Assembly: GCA_017472225.1 (NCBI GenBank)
Contig: JAFUQS010000062.1
Location: 10,825 to 74,824 of the forward strand
Direction of reading: 5' to 3'
Source: Clostridia bacterium
Lineage (GTDB): Bacteria > Bacillota > Clostridia > Oscillospirales > Acutalibacteraceae
Length of the DNA stretch: 64,000 nt
Part shown: positions 16,214 to 26,802 of the stretch, one piece after another
Numbering within the stretch: position 1 is the first letter of the stretch
Layout of the letters: every line of letters starts with the position of its first letter
Notes under the pieces: generated by a model
What the model was told of the DNA's origin: nothing
Databases searched by the model: none
Seen by the model: the letters and a program-made list of their open reading frames with translations, nothing else
Program-made: the position numbers and the translations under genes

Positions 16214-17878
16214 TTATTTTATAAGATATACTCTTGTTTCATAAGGTCTTGTCATGAAGCCGTTGTGTACCAAGGGATTATTGTCATAATTCCAAAGGAC
16301 AAGCTCTGCTGCATTGAGATCAAAGTCTTTAGGAGCTCTGAAAGCAATTTCCTTATCTGTGAATGAGCAGAGAACAAGCATCTTCTGACCTTCATATGTT
16401 CTGACATAAGCAAAAATGTCCTTGCAGGTTTTAAGCATCTCAAAGTCACCGTATTTAACAATGTCATTTTCCTTACGGAACTTAAGAAGCTTCTTATAGT
16501 AATTAAGAATTGAGTGCGGATTGTTCTTTTCAGCTTCTACATTGATTTCAGTGTAGTTAGGATTGATTTCAAACCAAGGTTCTTCAGCAGTTGTGAAGCC
16601 TGCATTCTTTTCTGCGCTCCACTGCATCGGAGTTCTTGCATTGTCTCTTGAAGCATACATACAGAACTTCATTGTAATGCTGTCAGGGATACCGAGCTTT
16701 CTGAACAAAGCATATGTGTTGAAGGATGAAACATCCTTGTACCTGTCAATTGTGGGAATCTTCGGGTTTGTCATACCGATTTCCTGGCCCTGATAGATGA
16801 AGGGTGTACCACTCTGACAGATATACATTGTTGCAAGCATCTTACCACTCTGCTGACGGTACTTTTCACTGCCGTAACGAGAGATGATTCTGGGCTGGTC
16901 ATGATTTTCAATGTAGTTAGCATTCCAAGCCTTGCCGTAAAGATCCTTCTGCCAACGGGCATATACCTTCTTAAGCTTACCGGGCTTAAAGGGAGTTACA
17001 ATCCAGTTAGTAATGACATTGTCGCAGCCCATATGCTCAAAGTGGAACATCATGTTAAGAAGCTGATCGTCGCCTTCTTTGATGAATTCAAGAGCTCTCT
17101 TTGTTGTCATCATGGGAGCTTCGCCAACTGTAAAGCAATCATACTGATCATAGATTTCCTTGAACTCACGAAGATATTCCTTAAGGTGAGGACCGTTCAT
17201 ATAGTGCTCGATACCACAAGCAGTGGGAATCGGGAAACCGTTGGGAAGGCCTTCTTTTTTGGAAATGAAGGTGATAACATCCTCTCTGAAGCCGTCAACA
17301 CCCATATCGAGCCAGAACTTAATGATATCCTTAACTTCCTGACGTACCTTCGGATTATCCATGTTAAGGTCGGGCTGTTCCTTTGCAAAAACATGAAGGT
17401 AATACTTGTCAATATCCTTGCAGTATTCCCAAGCCTTGCCCTGGAAGGTTGAAAGCCAATTGTTAGGCTCCTTTCCGGGCTTTCTGCCTTTGCGCCAGAT
17501 ATAGTAATCATGATAGGGGTTGTCTTCTCCCTTCATGCTTTCTTTAAACCATTCGTGTTCAGTTGAGGTATGGTTAACAACAAGGTCCATAATAACCTTG
17601 AGACCTCTTTTATGAGCTTCATCAAGAACAGTTTTGAACTCCTCAAGTGTACCGTAATCCTCAGAAATATCCCTATAGTTTGCAATGTCATAACCATAGT
17701 CAGCATTGGGTGAAGGATAAAGCGGTGAGAACCAGATAGCATCAACACCCAATTCCTTTATGTAATCAAGCTTTGAAAGAATACCTTTCAAGTCACCGAT
17801 ACCGTCACCGTTACCGTCGCAAAAGCTGCGGGGCCAGATCTGATAGACAGACATCTCTTTATACCATTTTTTCTCCAT
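16214..17878 (-). CDS. GH13 oligo-1,6-glucosidase / alpha-glucosidase
   Basis: 554 aa. YQIWPRSFCDGNGDGIGDL, GVDAIWFSPLYPSPNADYGYD, DLVVNHTS, GFREDV, GEAP, ENHDQPR. Confidence 0.9.
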   Translation of the reverse strand: MEKKWYKEMSVYQIWPRSFCDGNGDGIGDLKGILSKLDYIKELGVDAIWFSPLYPSPNADYGYDIANYRDISEDYGTLEEFKTVLDEAHKRGLKVIMDLVVNHTSTEHEWFKESMKGEDNPYHDYYIWRKGRKPGKEPNNWLSTFQGKAWEYCKDIDKYYLHVFAKEQPDLNMDNPKVRQEVKDIIKFWLDMGVDGFREDVITFISKKEGLPNGFPIPTACGIEHYMNGPHLKEYLREFKEIYDQYDCFTVGEAPMMTTKRALEFIKEGDDQLLNMMFHFEHMGCDNVITNWIVTPFKPGKLKKVYARWQKDLYGKAWNANYIENHDQPRIISRYGSEKYRQQSGKMLATMYICQSGTPFIYQGQEIGMTNPKIPTIDRYKDVSSFNTYALFRKLGIPDSITMKFCMYASRDNARTPMQWSAEKNAGFTTAEEPWFEINPNYTEINVEAEKNNPHSILNYYKKLLKFRKENDIVKYGDFEMLKTCKDIFAYVRTYEGQKMLVLCSFTDKEIAFRAPKDFDLNAAELVLWNYDNNPLVHNGFMTRPYETRVYLIK

Positions 17879-17940
17879 AAGTGTACTCCTTTTTATTAAA
17901 ATTTAAGATTTCAAGGGCGGATAAATCCGCCCCTAATAAA

Positions 17941-19527
17941 TTACTTCTGTGCTGCAGCCTTTTTTTCTTCAATTTCAGCAACAAGCTCTCTTTGTCTCTT
18001 TTCGGTAAGAGTATAGAAGAACATGGGAACTGCACAAGCAAACATACTGATTACACCTGAAAGAATCAATACATTCCAAAGTGCATCCGGTGATTCAACA
18101 AAGCCGGTTTCAGCATCAATACCTGCAATGCTCATTGACATAACACCAATGAATGCACCGACTGCCATACCGATTTTATTGATAAGGGTCTGCATAGCAA
18201 AGCAGATACCTTCACCTCTTTCGCCTGTTTTCCATTCGAGGTAGTCAACAGTGTCACCAATCATAGCGTAACTCATAATGTTGTTAACGCCCTGAGGAAT
18301 ACCGAGAAGAATAAGACCTACAGCAGCAACAATGAGCTTCCAAGGAGCATCGTAGCCGACAAAATACATAACAGCCATAACTACACCGCCGAACAGGTGC
18401 ACAAGGATGTAAGTATACTTCTTTGTAAATTTCTTTGTAAGCCAGGGAACAAGAACCGATGCAGCAAGACCACCGGGAATAACGAGAAGCGTAATAATTC
18501 CGTACAAGCCTTCGTTTTTAAGAACATACTTTGCGAAATAAAGACCGCCGGTGTAGGTGTAAACCATTCTTGCACCGCCAAGAACACCTGAGAGAACGAT
18601 AAGAAGAAGTTCCCTGTTCTTGAAAAGGAGCTTAAGATTATGTCCGAAGGAAGGAACATTGTCATAATCGGCAGTAATATGCTCCTTGGTGTTCTTGAAG
18701 CCATAGAAGAACATAGGCATTGCAGCTACAACAAATACAACTGCACAGATAAAGTATATCCACTTAAGTGTATCAGCATTTGCCTGAATGCTGTCATTCA
18801 TAACAGTGCCGATAAATGAACGGGCAGCCTCTTCAACTGTTTTGCCCTGATTTGCAACAATACCAGCAATCTGCTCAGCCTTATCGATCATGATCTGATC
18901 AAGATGTGCTTCTGTATACTTGAACTTTGCTGTTGCAGCATTTGTGATGATAGGAACACCAACTGTAACAATACCTGCACCAACAGTACAAACAAGACGA
19001 ACAACTGTAAGAATGTTACCTCTGACGGTTGTGTCATTGGTAAGACAGGTTGCAAGACCCCAATAAGGAACATCGGCAACAGTATATACAACAGACCAGA
19101 TTACATAAAGAACTGATATAACTGCGAATGCCCATGTGGTTTTAGCCTGATAAACAGGAAGGAAGCAAAGAATTGTGCAGATGCCGATGGGAATTGCCAT
19201 CCACTTAAGGTATGGTCTGCACTTACCCCACTTTGTTCTGGTTTTGTCAACAATTGAACCCATGATAGGGTCGTTACAAGCATCGAAAATTCTTGTGGCA
19301 AGCATAAGAATTGCAACTGCAATAGCACCGTCCATTGCACCGACCTTAACACCCTCAGCACCAAAAAGAAGTGCATCGGTCAAGAATACAGTAAGGTAGG
19401 AACCGATGATGGTACAAATAAAGTTCTGACCAAAACCTGCAACACCGTAGGCAATGGCTTCCTTCGGTTGAACACCCTTGCCGGGAGTTGTACCGAAGAG
19501 TTTGTGAAGTAACGGTTGGATTTTCAT
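17941..19527 (-). CDS. GPH-family (MelB-like) glycoside:cation symporter
   Basis: The track ORF extends to 19680 through its own SD and promoter. ATG 19527 (MKIQPLLHKLFG...) follows AAGGAG. 12-TM pattern with the GxxDPxxG-like motif CNDPIMGSIVDKT. Confidence 0.8.
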   Translation of the reverse strand: MKIQPLLHKLFGTTPGKGVQPKEAIAYGVAGFGQNFICTIIGSYLTVFLTDALLFGAEGVKVGAMDGAIAVAILMLATRIFDACNDPIMGSIVDKTRTKWGKCRPYLKWMAIPIGICTILCFLPVYQAKTTWAFAVISVLYVIWSVVYTVADVPYWGLATCLTNDTTVRGNILTVVRLVCTVGAGIVTVGVPIITNAATAKFKYTEAHLDQIMIDKAEQIAGIVANQGKTVEEAARSFIGTVMNDSIQANADTLKWIYFICAVVFVVAAMPMFFYGFKNTKEHITADYDNVPSFGHNLKLLFKNRELLLIVLSGVLGGARMVYTYTGGLYFAKYVLKNEGLYGIITLLVIPGGLAASVLVPWLTKKFTKKYTYILVHLFGGVVMAVMYFVGYDAPWKLIVAAVGLILLGIPQGVNNIMSYAMIGDTVDYLEWKTGERGEGICFAMQTLINKIGMAVGAFIGVMSMSIAGIDAETGFVESPDALWNVLILSGVISMFACAVPMFFYTLTEKRQRELVAEIEEKKAAAQK

Positions 19528-19660
19528 TTTTTCATCCTTCTCCTTATATATAATTTTCATAAAAGGTATTTTATCATAATAAATAAAAAAAGGCAATAGA
19601 GTAAAAATAAAATTGTTCAAAAAGGTGAATTTGTTAATAAAAAATTCAAAAATACTTCTG

Positions 19661-19700
19661 CAAAAAAATAACTCTCCCACCTGAAGGAAAGTTATTTTTT
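19661..19700. terminator. Intrinsic terminator downstream of uvrA
   Basis: AATAACTCTCC-loop-GGAAAGTTATT, flanked by A7 and T7. Confidence 0.7.
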
Positions 19701-19705
19701 ATATA

Positions 19706-22534
19706 TTATAAATATCTTTTCAGGTACTGACCCGTGTAGGAGCTTTCGCAGTTTACAATTTCTTCGGGAGTACCTGTTGCAACAACAACTCCTCCCCCGT
19801 CCCCGCCTTCGGGGCCAAGGTCGATAATATGGTCTGCGCACTTAATAACATCAAGGTTATGCTCAATAACAATTACGCTGTTTCCGTTATCAACAAGCGA
19901 ATGCAACACATTGATAAGCCTGTGAACGTCGGCAGTATGAAGTCCCGTAGTAGGTTCATCGAGAATGTATATAGTTCTTCCTGTAGCCGGCTTTGAAAGC
20001 TCAGTCGAAAGCTTGACACGCTGTGCTTCACCACCTGAAAGTGTGGTAGCAGGCTGACCTATTTTGATATAACCTAAACCAACATCATAAAGTGTTTTCA
20101 GTTTGTTGTAAATCTTCTTGTGATTTTCAAAGAAGTTCATTCCTTCTTCAACGGTCATTTCAAGAACATCATAAATTGACTTGCCTTTATATTTTACACT
20201 GAGAGTCTCGCTGTTATATCTCATACCCTTGCATACTTCACAAGGAACAAAAATATCGGCAAGAAAGTGCATTTCTATTTTAACAATACCATCACCCTGA
20301 CAGGCTTCACATCTGCCCCCCTTTACATTGAAAGAGAATCTGCTTGCATTGTATCCTTTGGCTTTTGAATCAGCAGTTGCAGCAAAAAGCTCACGGATAT
20401 CTGTAAACACACCTGTATAGGTTGCAGGATTTGAGCGTGGTGTTCTGCCAATGGGAGACTGGTCAATGTCGATTACCTTGTCAAGATGCTCAATACCTTC
20501 CATTTTTCTGAACTGACCCGGAATTTTTTTCGAGCCGTTGAGCTCATTTGAAAGATGCTTGAAAAGTATTTCGTTAACAAGTGATGATTTACCCGAGCCT
20601 GACACACCTGTAACACAAACAAGCTCACCGAGTGGAATTTCAACATTTATGTTTTTAAGGTTATTCTGACCTGCCTCATAAATTCTGATGCTTTTGCCGT
20701 TTCCTTTGCGTCTTGTTTCAGGAATCGGTATTTGCTTTTTGCCGCTCAGGTACTGACCTGTGATTGAGTCTTCACAGGTCATAATATCCTGAACAGAGCC
20801 TTGGCAAACTACATTACCGCCGTGAATTCCCGCACCGGGACCGACATCAACAATATGGTCAGCTTCAAACATTGTATCTTCATCGTGTTCCACAACAATG
20901 AGAGTGTTTCCGATATCACGCAGATGCTTCAAGGTGCCGATAAGCTTAGCATTATCACGCTGATGAAGGCCTATACTCGGCTCGTCAAGTATATACAGAA
21001 CACCGACAAGTGATGAACCAATCTGCGTTGCGAGACGGATTCTCTGACTTTCACCGCCTGAAAGAGAGCCGGACTGACGGGAAAGAGTCAGATAATTAAG
21101 ACCTACGCTTTCAAGAAAAGACAGTCGTTCTTCAATTTCCTTGAGAATAAGCTTGGCAATCATCATTTCTCTTTCTGTAAGATTATCTTTAAGAGATCTG
21201 ACGAACTTCAAGGATTCGGTTACAGACAATGAACACACTTCATGTATATTCTTTCCGCAAACGGTCACGGATAAAGCCTCCTTGCTGAGCCTTGCACCGC
21301 CACATTCCTTACACTCGTTGGTTGTCATCAGCGTTTCAATTTCTCGTCTTGAAAGTTCTGAAGAAGATTCATTATATCTTCTCTGAAGATTGTTGACAAT
21401 ACCTTCAAAGGCTGTGAAATAAGTTCCGCCGCCATAGCTCGTTGTGCGTTCCATTTTAAGCTTTTCACCATTTGTACCATAAAGCAACGCATTATATGCT
21501 TCAAGGCTGAAATCTTCAACAGGAGTATCAAATGTGAATCCGTATTTTTTGCCGAGTGCATCAAAATACATACCTGCAATGCTTGAAGAATCTTTGGCTG
21601 ACCAGCCGAAAGCCTTTATAGCTCCCTGACGGATTGACAGCTTTCTGTCCGGAATTATCATCGACGGCGAAATTTCCATATATACACCGAGTCCGGAACA
21701 TTTTTTGCACGAACCAAAGGGACTGTTGAAGGAGAACATTCTCGGTGTGATCTCACCAATGCTTACACCGTGCTCAGGGCAGGCATAATTAAGCGAAAAC
21801 ATCATTTCTTTGTCACCGATTACATCAATAATCAGAAGACCGTCAGAAAGCTTTGTTGCAGTTTCAATTGAATCACACAAGCGTGACCTTATACTGTCTT
21901 TAATGACGAGTCGGTCAACAACAACCTCAATATTATGCTTTTTGTTTTTTTCAAGCTTTATCTGTTCCGATAAATCATAGATTATCGAGTCAATTCTGAC
22001 ACGGACAAATCCTGATTTTCTCACACCTTCGAGCTCCTTGACATATTCACCCTTTCTGCCTCTGACAATCGGTGAAAGGAGCTGAATTTTTGTGCCCTCG
22101 GGCAGCTCAAGAACCTTGTCGGCAATCTGATCAACGGTTTGCTGTTTGATTTCTCTTCCGCAGACAGTACAGTGAGGAACGCCGATTCTTGCATAAAGTA
22201 AACGGAAGTAATCATAAATTTCCGTTATAGTACCCACTGTTGAACGGGGATTTTTTGAAGTTGTTTTCTGATCAATTGAAATTGCCGGAGAGAGCCCTTC
22301 AATATAATCCACCTCAGGCTTTTCCATCTGTCCGAGGAACTGACGAGCATAAGAAGAAAGAGATTCAACATAACGCCTTTGTCCCTCTGCATATATTGTG
22401 TCAAAAGCAAGAGAGGATTTGCCGGAGCCTGAAAGTCCCGTGAACACAACAAACTTATCTCTCGGGATAGTCAGATCAACATTTTTAAGGTTATGTTCTC
22501 TTGCACCTTTTATAATCAAATCTTTCTGTGACAT
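19706..22534 (-). CDS. uvrA: Excinuclease ABC subunit A
   Basis: 942 aa. Two ABC modules ([20 protein letters not shown]), LSGGE signatures and zinc-finger cysteines. Confidence 0.97.
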   Translation of the reverse strand: MSQKDLIIKGAREHNLKNVDLTIPRDKFVVFTGLSGSGKSSLAFDTIYAEGQRRYVESLSSYARQFLGQMEKPEVDYIEGLSPAISIDQKTTSKNPRSTVGTITEIYDYFRLLYARIGVPHCTVCGREIKQQTVDQIADKVLELPEGTKIQLLSPIVRGRKGEYVKELEGVRKSGFVRVRIDSIIYDLSEQIKLEKNKKHNIEVVVDRLVIKDSIRSRLCDSIETATKLSDGLLIIDVIGDKEMMFSLNYACPEHGVSIGEITPRMFSFNSPFGSCKKCSGLGVYMEISPSMIIPDRKLSIRQGAIKAFGWSAKDSSSIAGMYFDALGKKYGFTFDTPVEDFSLEAYNALLYGTNGEKLKMERTTSYGGGTYFTAFEGIVNNLQRRYNESSSELSRREIETLMTTNECKECGGARLSKEALSVTVCGKNIHEVCSLSVTESLKFVRSLKDNLTEREMMIAKLILKEIEERLSFLESVGLNYLTLSRQSGSLSGGESQRIRLATQIGSSLVGVLYILDEPSIGLHQRDNAKLIGTLKHLRDIGNTLIVVEHDEDTMFEADHIVDVGPGAGIHGGNVVCQGSVQDIMTCEDSITGQYLSGKKQIPIPETRRKGNGKSIRIYEAGQNNLKNINVEIPLGELVCVTGVSGSGKSSLVNEILFKHLSNELNGSKKIPGQFRKMEGIEHLDKVIDIDQSPIGRTPRSNPATYTGVFTDIRELFAATADSKAKGYNASRFSFNVKGGRCEACQGDGIVKIEMHFLADIFVPCEVCKGMRYNSETLSVKYKGKSIYDVLEMTVEEGMNFFENHKKIYNKLKTLYDVGLGYIKIGQPATTLSGGEAQRVKLSTELSKPATGRTIYILDEPTTGLHTADVHRLINVLHSLVDNGNSVIVIEHNLDVIKCADHIIDLGPEGGDGGGVVVATGTPEEIVNCESSYTGQYLKRYL

Positions 22535-22553
22535 ATAACACCAATCCTAATTA

Positions 22554-24515
22554 TTACATCATACTTTTCAGCTTTTCAATTTTATCTCTGAGCATAGCAG
22601 CATATTCAAATTCAAGAATCTTAGCAGCATCCTTCATTTCAGCAGTAAGTTGTCTGATAGTCTTTTCTTTATCTATACGTGAAAGACGCTTGAATTCCTT
22701 ATCGGTATCAACTGCCTTGGTTGAAATTTCGAGGACATCCCGCACCTGCTTGATAATGGTCTGCGGTATAATTCCGTGCTTTTCATTGTATTCATTCTGA
22801 ATTTTACGTCTGCGCTCAGTCTCTGTTATGGCATATTCCATCGAGGGGGTTACACAGTCAGCATACATTATAACTTCACCGTTAGCATTTCTTGCTGCAC
22901 GGCCGATTGTCTGCACAAGAGATGTTTCCGAACGCAGAAAGCCTTCCTTATCAGCGTCGAGAATTGCCACAAGTGATACTTCAGGAATATCAAGACCTTC
23001 ACGAAGCAGATTGATGCCAACAAGCACATCAAACTCACCAAGGCGCAGGTCACGGATAATTTCCATACGCTCCATCGTATCCACATCATAATGCATATAT
23101 CTGACCTTTATGCCCAGGTCATCAAGATAATCTGTCAATGATTCCGCCATTTTCTTTGTAAGTGTAGTAATAAGAACTCGCTCATTTCTTTCAACTCTCA
23201 TATTGATTTCACTTACAATATCGTCAATCTGACCCTCTGTTGGTTTAACGGTAATAACCGGGTCGAGAAGACCTGTGGGTCTTATAATCTGTTCAACAAT
23301 CTGTGAGCTTTTTTCTTTTTCAAAAGGTCCCGGAGTGGCACTGACAAACACCTTCTGTCCGACAAGTGAATAAAACTCATCGAATTTCAAAGGTCGGTTA
23401 TCAAATGCCGAGGGCAAACGGAATCCGAAATCTATAAGGCTTTCTTTTCTCGACCTGTCACCGCCGTACATTGCTCTGAGCTGCGGAAGCATTACATGAG
23501 ATTCATCAACAAACAAAAGAAAATCATCAGGGAAATAGTGGAGAAGCGTAAACGGTGCTTCTCCGGGCTCTCTGCCTGCCATAATTCTTGAATAGTTTTC
23601 AATGCCCTTGCAAAAGCCTGTTTCCTTGAGCATCTCAAGGTCATAGAGAGTTCTTTCTTTTATTCTCTGAGCCTCAAGCAGCTTACCTTGCTTGGTGAAT
23701 TCAATAACACGCTGCTCCATTTCATACTTGATTTCAGCCATTGCACTTTCAAGCTTATCAGGCGAAACAACATAGTGCGATGCAGGATACACGGCAACAT
23801 GAGAAAGGTTATTTTTGATTTCACCTGTCAATGGGTTTATCTCGGAAATTCGGTCAATTTCATCACCGAAAAATTCAACTCGTATTGCCGTATCACTTGT
23901 GTAAACAGGATAAATTTCAACAACATCGCCACGGACTCTGAATTTGTTTCTTACAAAATTAACATCGTTTCTTTCATATTGTATTTCAACGAGCTTTGTG
24001 ATAAGCTCATCTCTGCTTTTTTCCATGCCGAGTCTTAATGAAATCACCATGTTGCGGTAATCAATAGGATTACCGAGAGAATAAATACAGGATACACTTG
24101 CAACTATGATAACATCTCGACGCTCGGAAAGTGCCGAGGTTGCCGAGTGTCGCAGCTTATCAATTTCATCATTGATAGCTGAATCTTTTTCTATATAGGT
24201 ATCCGTTGTAGGAATGTAGGCTTCCGGTTGGTAATAATCATAATAGGAAACAAAATACTCAACAGCATTCTCAGGAAAAAATTCCTTGAACTCGCTGCAG
24301 AGCTGCCCCGCCAAGGTTTTGTTGTGAGCAAGGACTAAAGTAGGTCTGTTGACCCTGGCAATTATATTAGCCATGGTGAAGGTTTTACCTGAACCGGTAA
24401 CGCCCATAAGAGTCTGCTCTTTATAGCCTTTATTGATACCCTCAACAAGGCTGTCTATTGCTTCAGGCTGATCTCCTGTCGGCTTATAAGGTGAAACAAG
24501 CTTGAATTTATCCAC
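22554..24515 (-). CDS. uvrB: Excinuclease ABC subunit B
   Basis: 653 aa. [14 protein letters not shown], and a C-terminal UVR domain ([20 protein letters not shown]). GTG start with SD GGAGG 7 nt upstream. Confidence 0.97.
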   Translation of the reverse strand: MDKFKLVSPYKPTGDQPEAIDSLVEGINKGYKEQTLMGVTGSGKTFTMANIIARVNRPTLVLAHNKTLAGQLCSEFKEFFPENAVEYFVSYYDYYQPEAYIPTTDTYIEKDSAINDEIDKLRHSATSALSERRDVIIVASVSCIYSLGNPIDYRNMVISLRLGMEKSRDELITKLVEIQYERNDVNFVRNKFRVRGDVVEIYPVYTSDTAIRVEFFGDEIDRISEINPLTGEIKNNLSHVAVYPASHYVVSPDKLESAMAEIKYEMEQRVIEFTKQGKLLEAQRIKERTLYDLEMLKETGFCKGIENYSRIMAGREPGEAPFTLLHYFPDDFLLFVDESHVMLPQLRAMYGGDRSRKESLIDFGFRLPSAFDNRPLKFDEFYSLVGQKVFVSATPGPFEKEKSSQIVEQIIRPTGLLDPVITVKPTEGQIDDIVSEINMRVERNERVLITTLTKKMAESLTDYLDDLGIKVRYMHYDVDTMERMEIIRDLRLGEFDVLVGINLLREGLDIPEVSLVAILDADKEGFLRSETSLVQTIGRAARNANGEVIMYADCVTPSMEYAITETERRRKIQNEYNEKHGIIPQTIIKQVRDVLEISTKAVDTDKEFKRLSRIDKEKTIRQLTAEMKDAAKILEFEYAAMLRDKIEKLKSMM

Positions 24516-24532
24516 GGTAAAACCTCCTTTGT

Positions 24533-24551
24533 GAACATTTGTTCTATTATA
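24533..24551 (-). promoter_or_regulatory. LexA (Cheo/SOS) box abutting the uvrB -10 element
   Basis: GAACATTTGTTC (24533-24544, GAAC-N4-GTTC) lies 1 nt downstream of minus-sense TGaTATAAT (-10 at 24546-24551). Confidence 0.75.
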
Positions 24552-24594
24552 TCATAGTGTTTTAAAAAAATAAAGAGTTATACGGATATTTTAT

Positions 24595-24625
24595 AAAAAA
24601 ATCCCCAAACAAATCTGTTCAGGGA
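24595..24625 (-). terminator. Intrinsic terminator (minus sense) downstream of radC and the structured element
   Basis: Minus-sense UCCCUGAACA-GAUU-UGUUUGGGGA (10 bp including 2 GU pairs) followed by U7. In the plus sense the same positions are C-A mismatches, so it is oriented for the minus strand. Confidence 0.75.
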
Positions 24626-24634
24626 GAGCGTTTT

Positions 24635-24841
24635 GTTAAGTTGGCGGGAGTCGAACACGATATGTCTCAAATGTCCGATTTCACACGCATTTGAAATTTT
24701 CAAAGTTTAATGAGAGGGTATTTTTTCTGTAACAAGGCATAAATTCGATGGAAGACTTGCGTCTTTCGAGAATTTTAACGCAGTTACGGGGAAAATAGAC
24801 CTCATTAAACCATATCGGATTCGGCTCCCGCCAACTTAATC
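24635..24841. ncRNA. Unclassified rod-like structured element of about 205 nt (candidate ncRNA; a MITE-like palindrome is not excluded)
   Basis: Nested helices: 24636-24655/24820-24839 (20 bp); 24658-24664/24811-24817 (7 bp); 24705-24714/24801-24810 (10 bp); 24719-24733/24783-24797 (15 bp); 24742-24746/24770-24774; apical 24752-24756/24761-24765 with loop TTGC. There is a one-sided 40 nt loop at 24665-24704 with its own 6 bp hairpin. The right arm contains the radC stop codon. Confidence 0.5.
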
Positions 24842-25594
24842 ATCTTCATCATCGGGAAACAAAGGATCAAGACCATAAAATATATGAGCAAACCTTGGCA
24901 TTTTCACCATAGAGTTAAACGATGTTTCAGAAACAATAATATGATCCGATAATTCAACCTTAAGCGAACGCAGCAGCTTATAGGCGGATTCCGTCACTGC
25001 AACATCCTCCCTTGAAGGAAGTGTAACACCGTGAGGATGATTATGAGAGATAATAACAGATGTTGCTTTTGTTTCAAGAACAACGGAAGCAAGCTTTCTC
25101 AAGTCAAACATGGAAGAAGAAATATCTCCTTCATTAAGCTTTCTGCATGCTATAAGATGATGCTGAGGGTCAAAACAAAGAGCATATACACATTCATTTT
25201 CGGTAATCGAATATTTTGACCTTAAGAATTCAACAAGGGATTCTGTATCCGTGTAATTGGGTTCAAGAAGCGAAAGGTTCTCAAGATATCTCTTATATAA
25301 CGGCAGAATCATATTGATAAGACAAGCAGCATTGTCTGTTATGTATTTATGTTTGGTGAGACTCGCTCTGTCTGCCTTTAAGACTGCTGAAAACGAACCG
25401 TAATAATCAATGAGCTCATGTGCTATTTTGTTCGTATCCCTTTGCGGAATAACAAAGTACAAAAGCATTTCAAGAACCTCATGGTCAGCAAGACCATCAA
25501 ATCCTCTGAGAAAAAATCCTTCTCTCATTCTTGTTCTGTGTCCCTTATGGGTGTTTTCAGTTTTATTGTTGCTGTCTGTTTTATTCTGTACCAT
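24836..25594 (-). CDS. radC: RadC-like JAB/MPN domain protein
   Basis: HRTRMREGFF, LLEMLLYFVIPQRDT and the JAMM motif IISHNHPHG. ATG 25594 (SD GGAGA 7 nt upstream) is preferred over the track GTG 25597. Confidence 0.88.
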   Translation of the reverse strand: MVQNKTDSNNKTENTHKGHRTRMREGFFLRGFDGLADHEVLEMLLYFVIPQRDTNKIAHELIDYYGSFSAVLKADRASLTKHKYITDNAACLINMILPLYKRYLENLSLLEPNYTDTESLVEFLRSKYSITENECVYALCFDPQHHLIACRKLNEGDISSSMFDLRKLASVVLETKATSVIISHNHPHGVTLPSREDVAVTESAYKLLRSLKVELSDHIIVSETSFNSMVKMPRFAHIFYGLDPLFPDDEDD

Positions 25595-25620
25595 CACAAT
25601 TTCTCCGATATAAAAATATA

Positions 25621-25647
25621 CAAAGAGCCTCGCAATAAGGCTCTTTG
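25621..25647 (-). terminator. Stem-loop downstream of pfkA
   Basis: CAAAGAGCCT-CGCAATA-AGGCTCTTTG, 10 bp perfect, with a U-rich tail in the minus sense. Confidence 0.65.
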
Positions 25648-25668
25648 TGAAATAAAGCTATAATAAAA

Positions 25669-26634
25669 TCAGATTGAAATTTCAAGAGCCATCTTATACA
25701 TATCAAGATCGACTGTATTCTTCATGCTAAGTGCTTCAAAAATATCGAAATCAAGAATCTTTTCCTTCTGCATTGCAACAACTCTGTTACCAATGCCTTC
25801 TTTAAGAAGCTGAACTGCGTGATAGCCCATCTGACTTGCAACAATTCTGTCTTTAGCCGTGGGTGAACCGCCACGCTGAACATGACCTAAAATAGTAGCT
25901 CTTGCTTCAACACCGGTTTCAGCCTGAATTCTCTTTGCCATTTCTTCAACGCCACCGATAGCTTCGGAAACAATGATAACAAAATGAACCTTGTTGCTCT
26001 TCTGTGTTCTCTTCATTCTTTCGATAACATCACGGTCAAAATCATAGGGAACCTCGGGAAGAAGAATTGAGGTAGCGCCACAAGCAATACCTGAAGAAAG
26101 AGCAAGATAACCGGCACCTCTTCCCATAACCTCAACAACTGCGCAACGGTCATGTGACTCAGCAGTATCTCTGATTCTGTCAACCATCTGCATAATAGTG
26201 TTCATTGATGTGTCATAACCGATTGTATAGTCACAACAACCGATGTCATTGTCGATTGTGCCGGGAATAGCAACACAGGGAATACCACGAAGTGAAAGAT
26301 CTCTTGCGCCTCTGAATGAGCCGTCGCCACCGATAACAACCAGGCCTTCAATACCTCTTCTTTTGCAGGTTTCAATAGCATCGGACATACCCTCTTCTGT
26401 CTTAAAGCGAGAGCTTCTTGCAGAATAAAGAATTGTGCCGCCTCTGTTAATAATATCGGATACGGAACGAAGATTCATTTCATACATATCGTCTTCCATA
26501 AGACCGTTGTAGCCTCTTCTGATACCGTATACCTTCATTCCAAGCTCACAGCCTGCACGAACAACCGCTCTGATAGCAGCGTTCATACCCGGTGCGTCAC
26601 CGCCGCTTGTTAAAACACCAATTGTCTTGATCAT
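25669..26634 (-). CDS. pfkA: ATP-dependent 6-phosphofructokinase
   Basis: 321 aa. GVLTSGGDAPGMNAAIR, GGDGS, PGTIDND, MGR. Confidence 0.96.
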   Translation of the reverse strand: MIKTIGVLTSGGDAPGMNAAIRAVVRAGCELGMKVYGIRRGYNGLMEDDMYEMNLRSVSDIINRGGTILYSARSSRFKTEEGMSDAIETCKRRGIEGLVVIGGDGSFRGARDLSLRGIPCVAIPGTIDNDIGCCDYTIGYDTSMNTIMQMVDRIRDTAESHDRCAVVEVMGRGAGYLALSSGIACGATSILLPEVPYDFDRDVIERMKRTQKSNKVHFVIIVSEAIGGVEEMAKRIQAETGVEARATILGHVQRGGSPTAKDRIVASQMGYHAVQLLKEGIGNRVVAMQKEKILDFDIFEALSMKNTVDLDMYKMALEISI

Positions 26635-26802
26635 TGTAACATCCTCCTGTTGGTCTGCATATGTTCTGAATCAACTGACATGATATAATCAGAATATTCA
26701 CAGTTATAAAATAATCATTGAATATTATACACAATTAACCCTAAAAGTCAAGGTTTATCATCCAAAAATGACTTATTTCGTCATTTTTAAGAAACAAATC
26801 GG

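Noticed and set aside
24641-24660. TGGCGGGAGTCGAAC, which resembles the reverse complement of a tRNA 3' end and T-loop
   Set aside because: There is no matching T-stem, anticodon arm or D-arm. The sequence is simply one arm of the 20 bp closing helix of the structured element. It is neither a tRNA nor a tmRNA.
24635-24841. Retron msr/msd, SRP RNA, or the published radC RNA motif as the identity of the structured element
   Set aside because: No reverse transcriptase gene is adjacent, which argues against a retron. There is no GGAA/AGCAGC SRP domain IV signature. As I recall, the radC motif is a 5' UTR element, whereas this lies at the 3' end of radC. None of these could be supported by eye, so the element is left unclassified.
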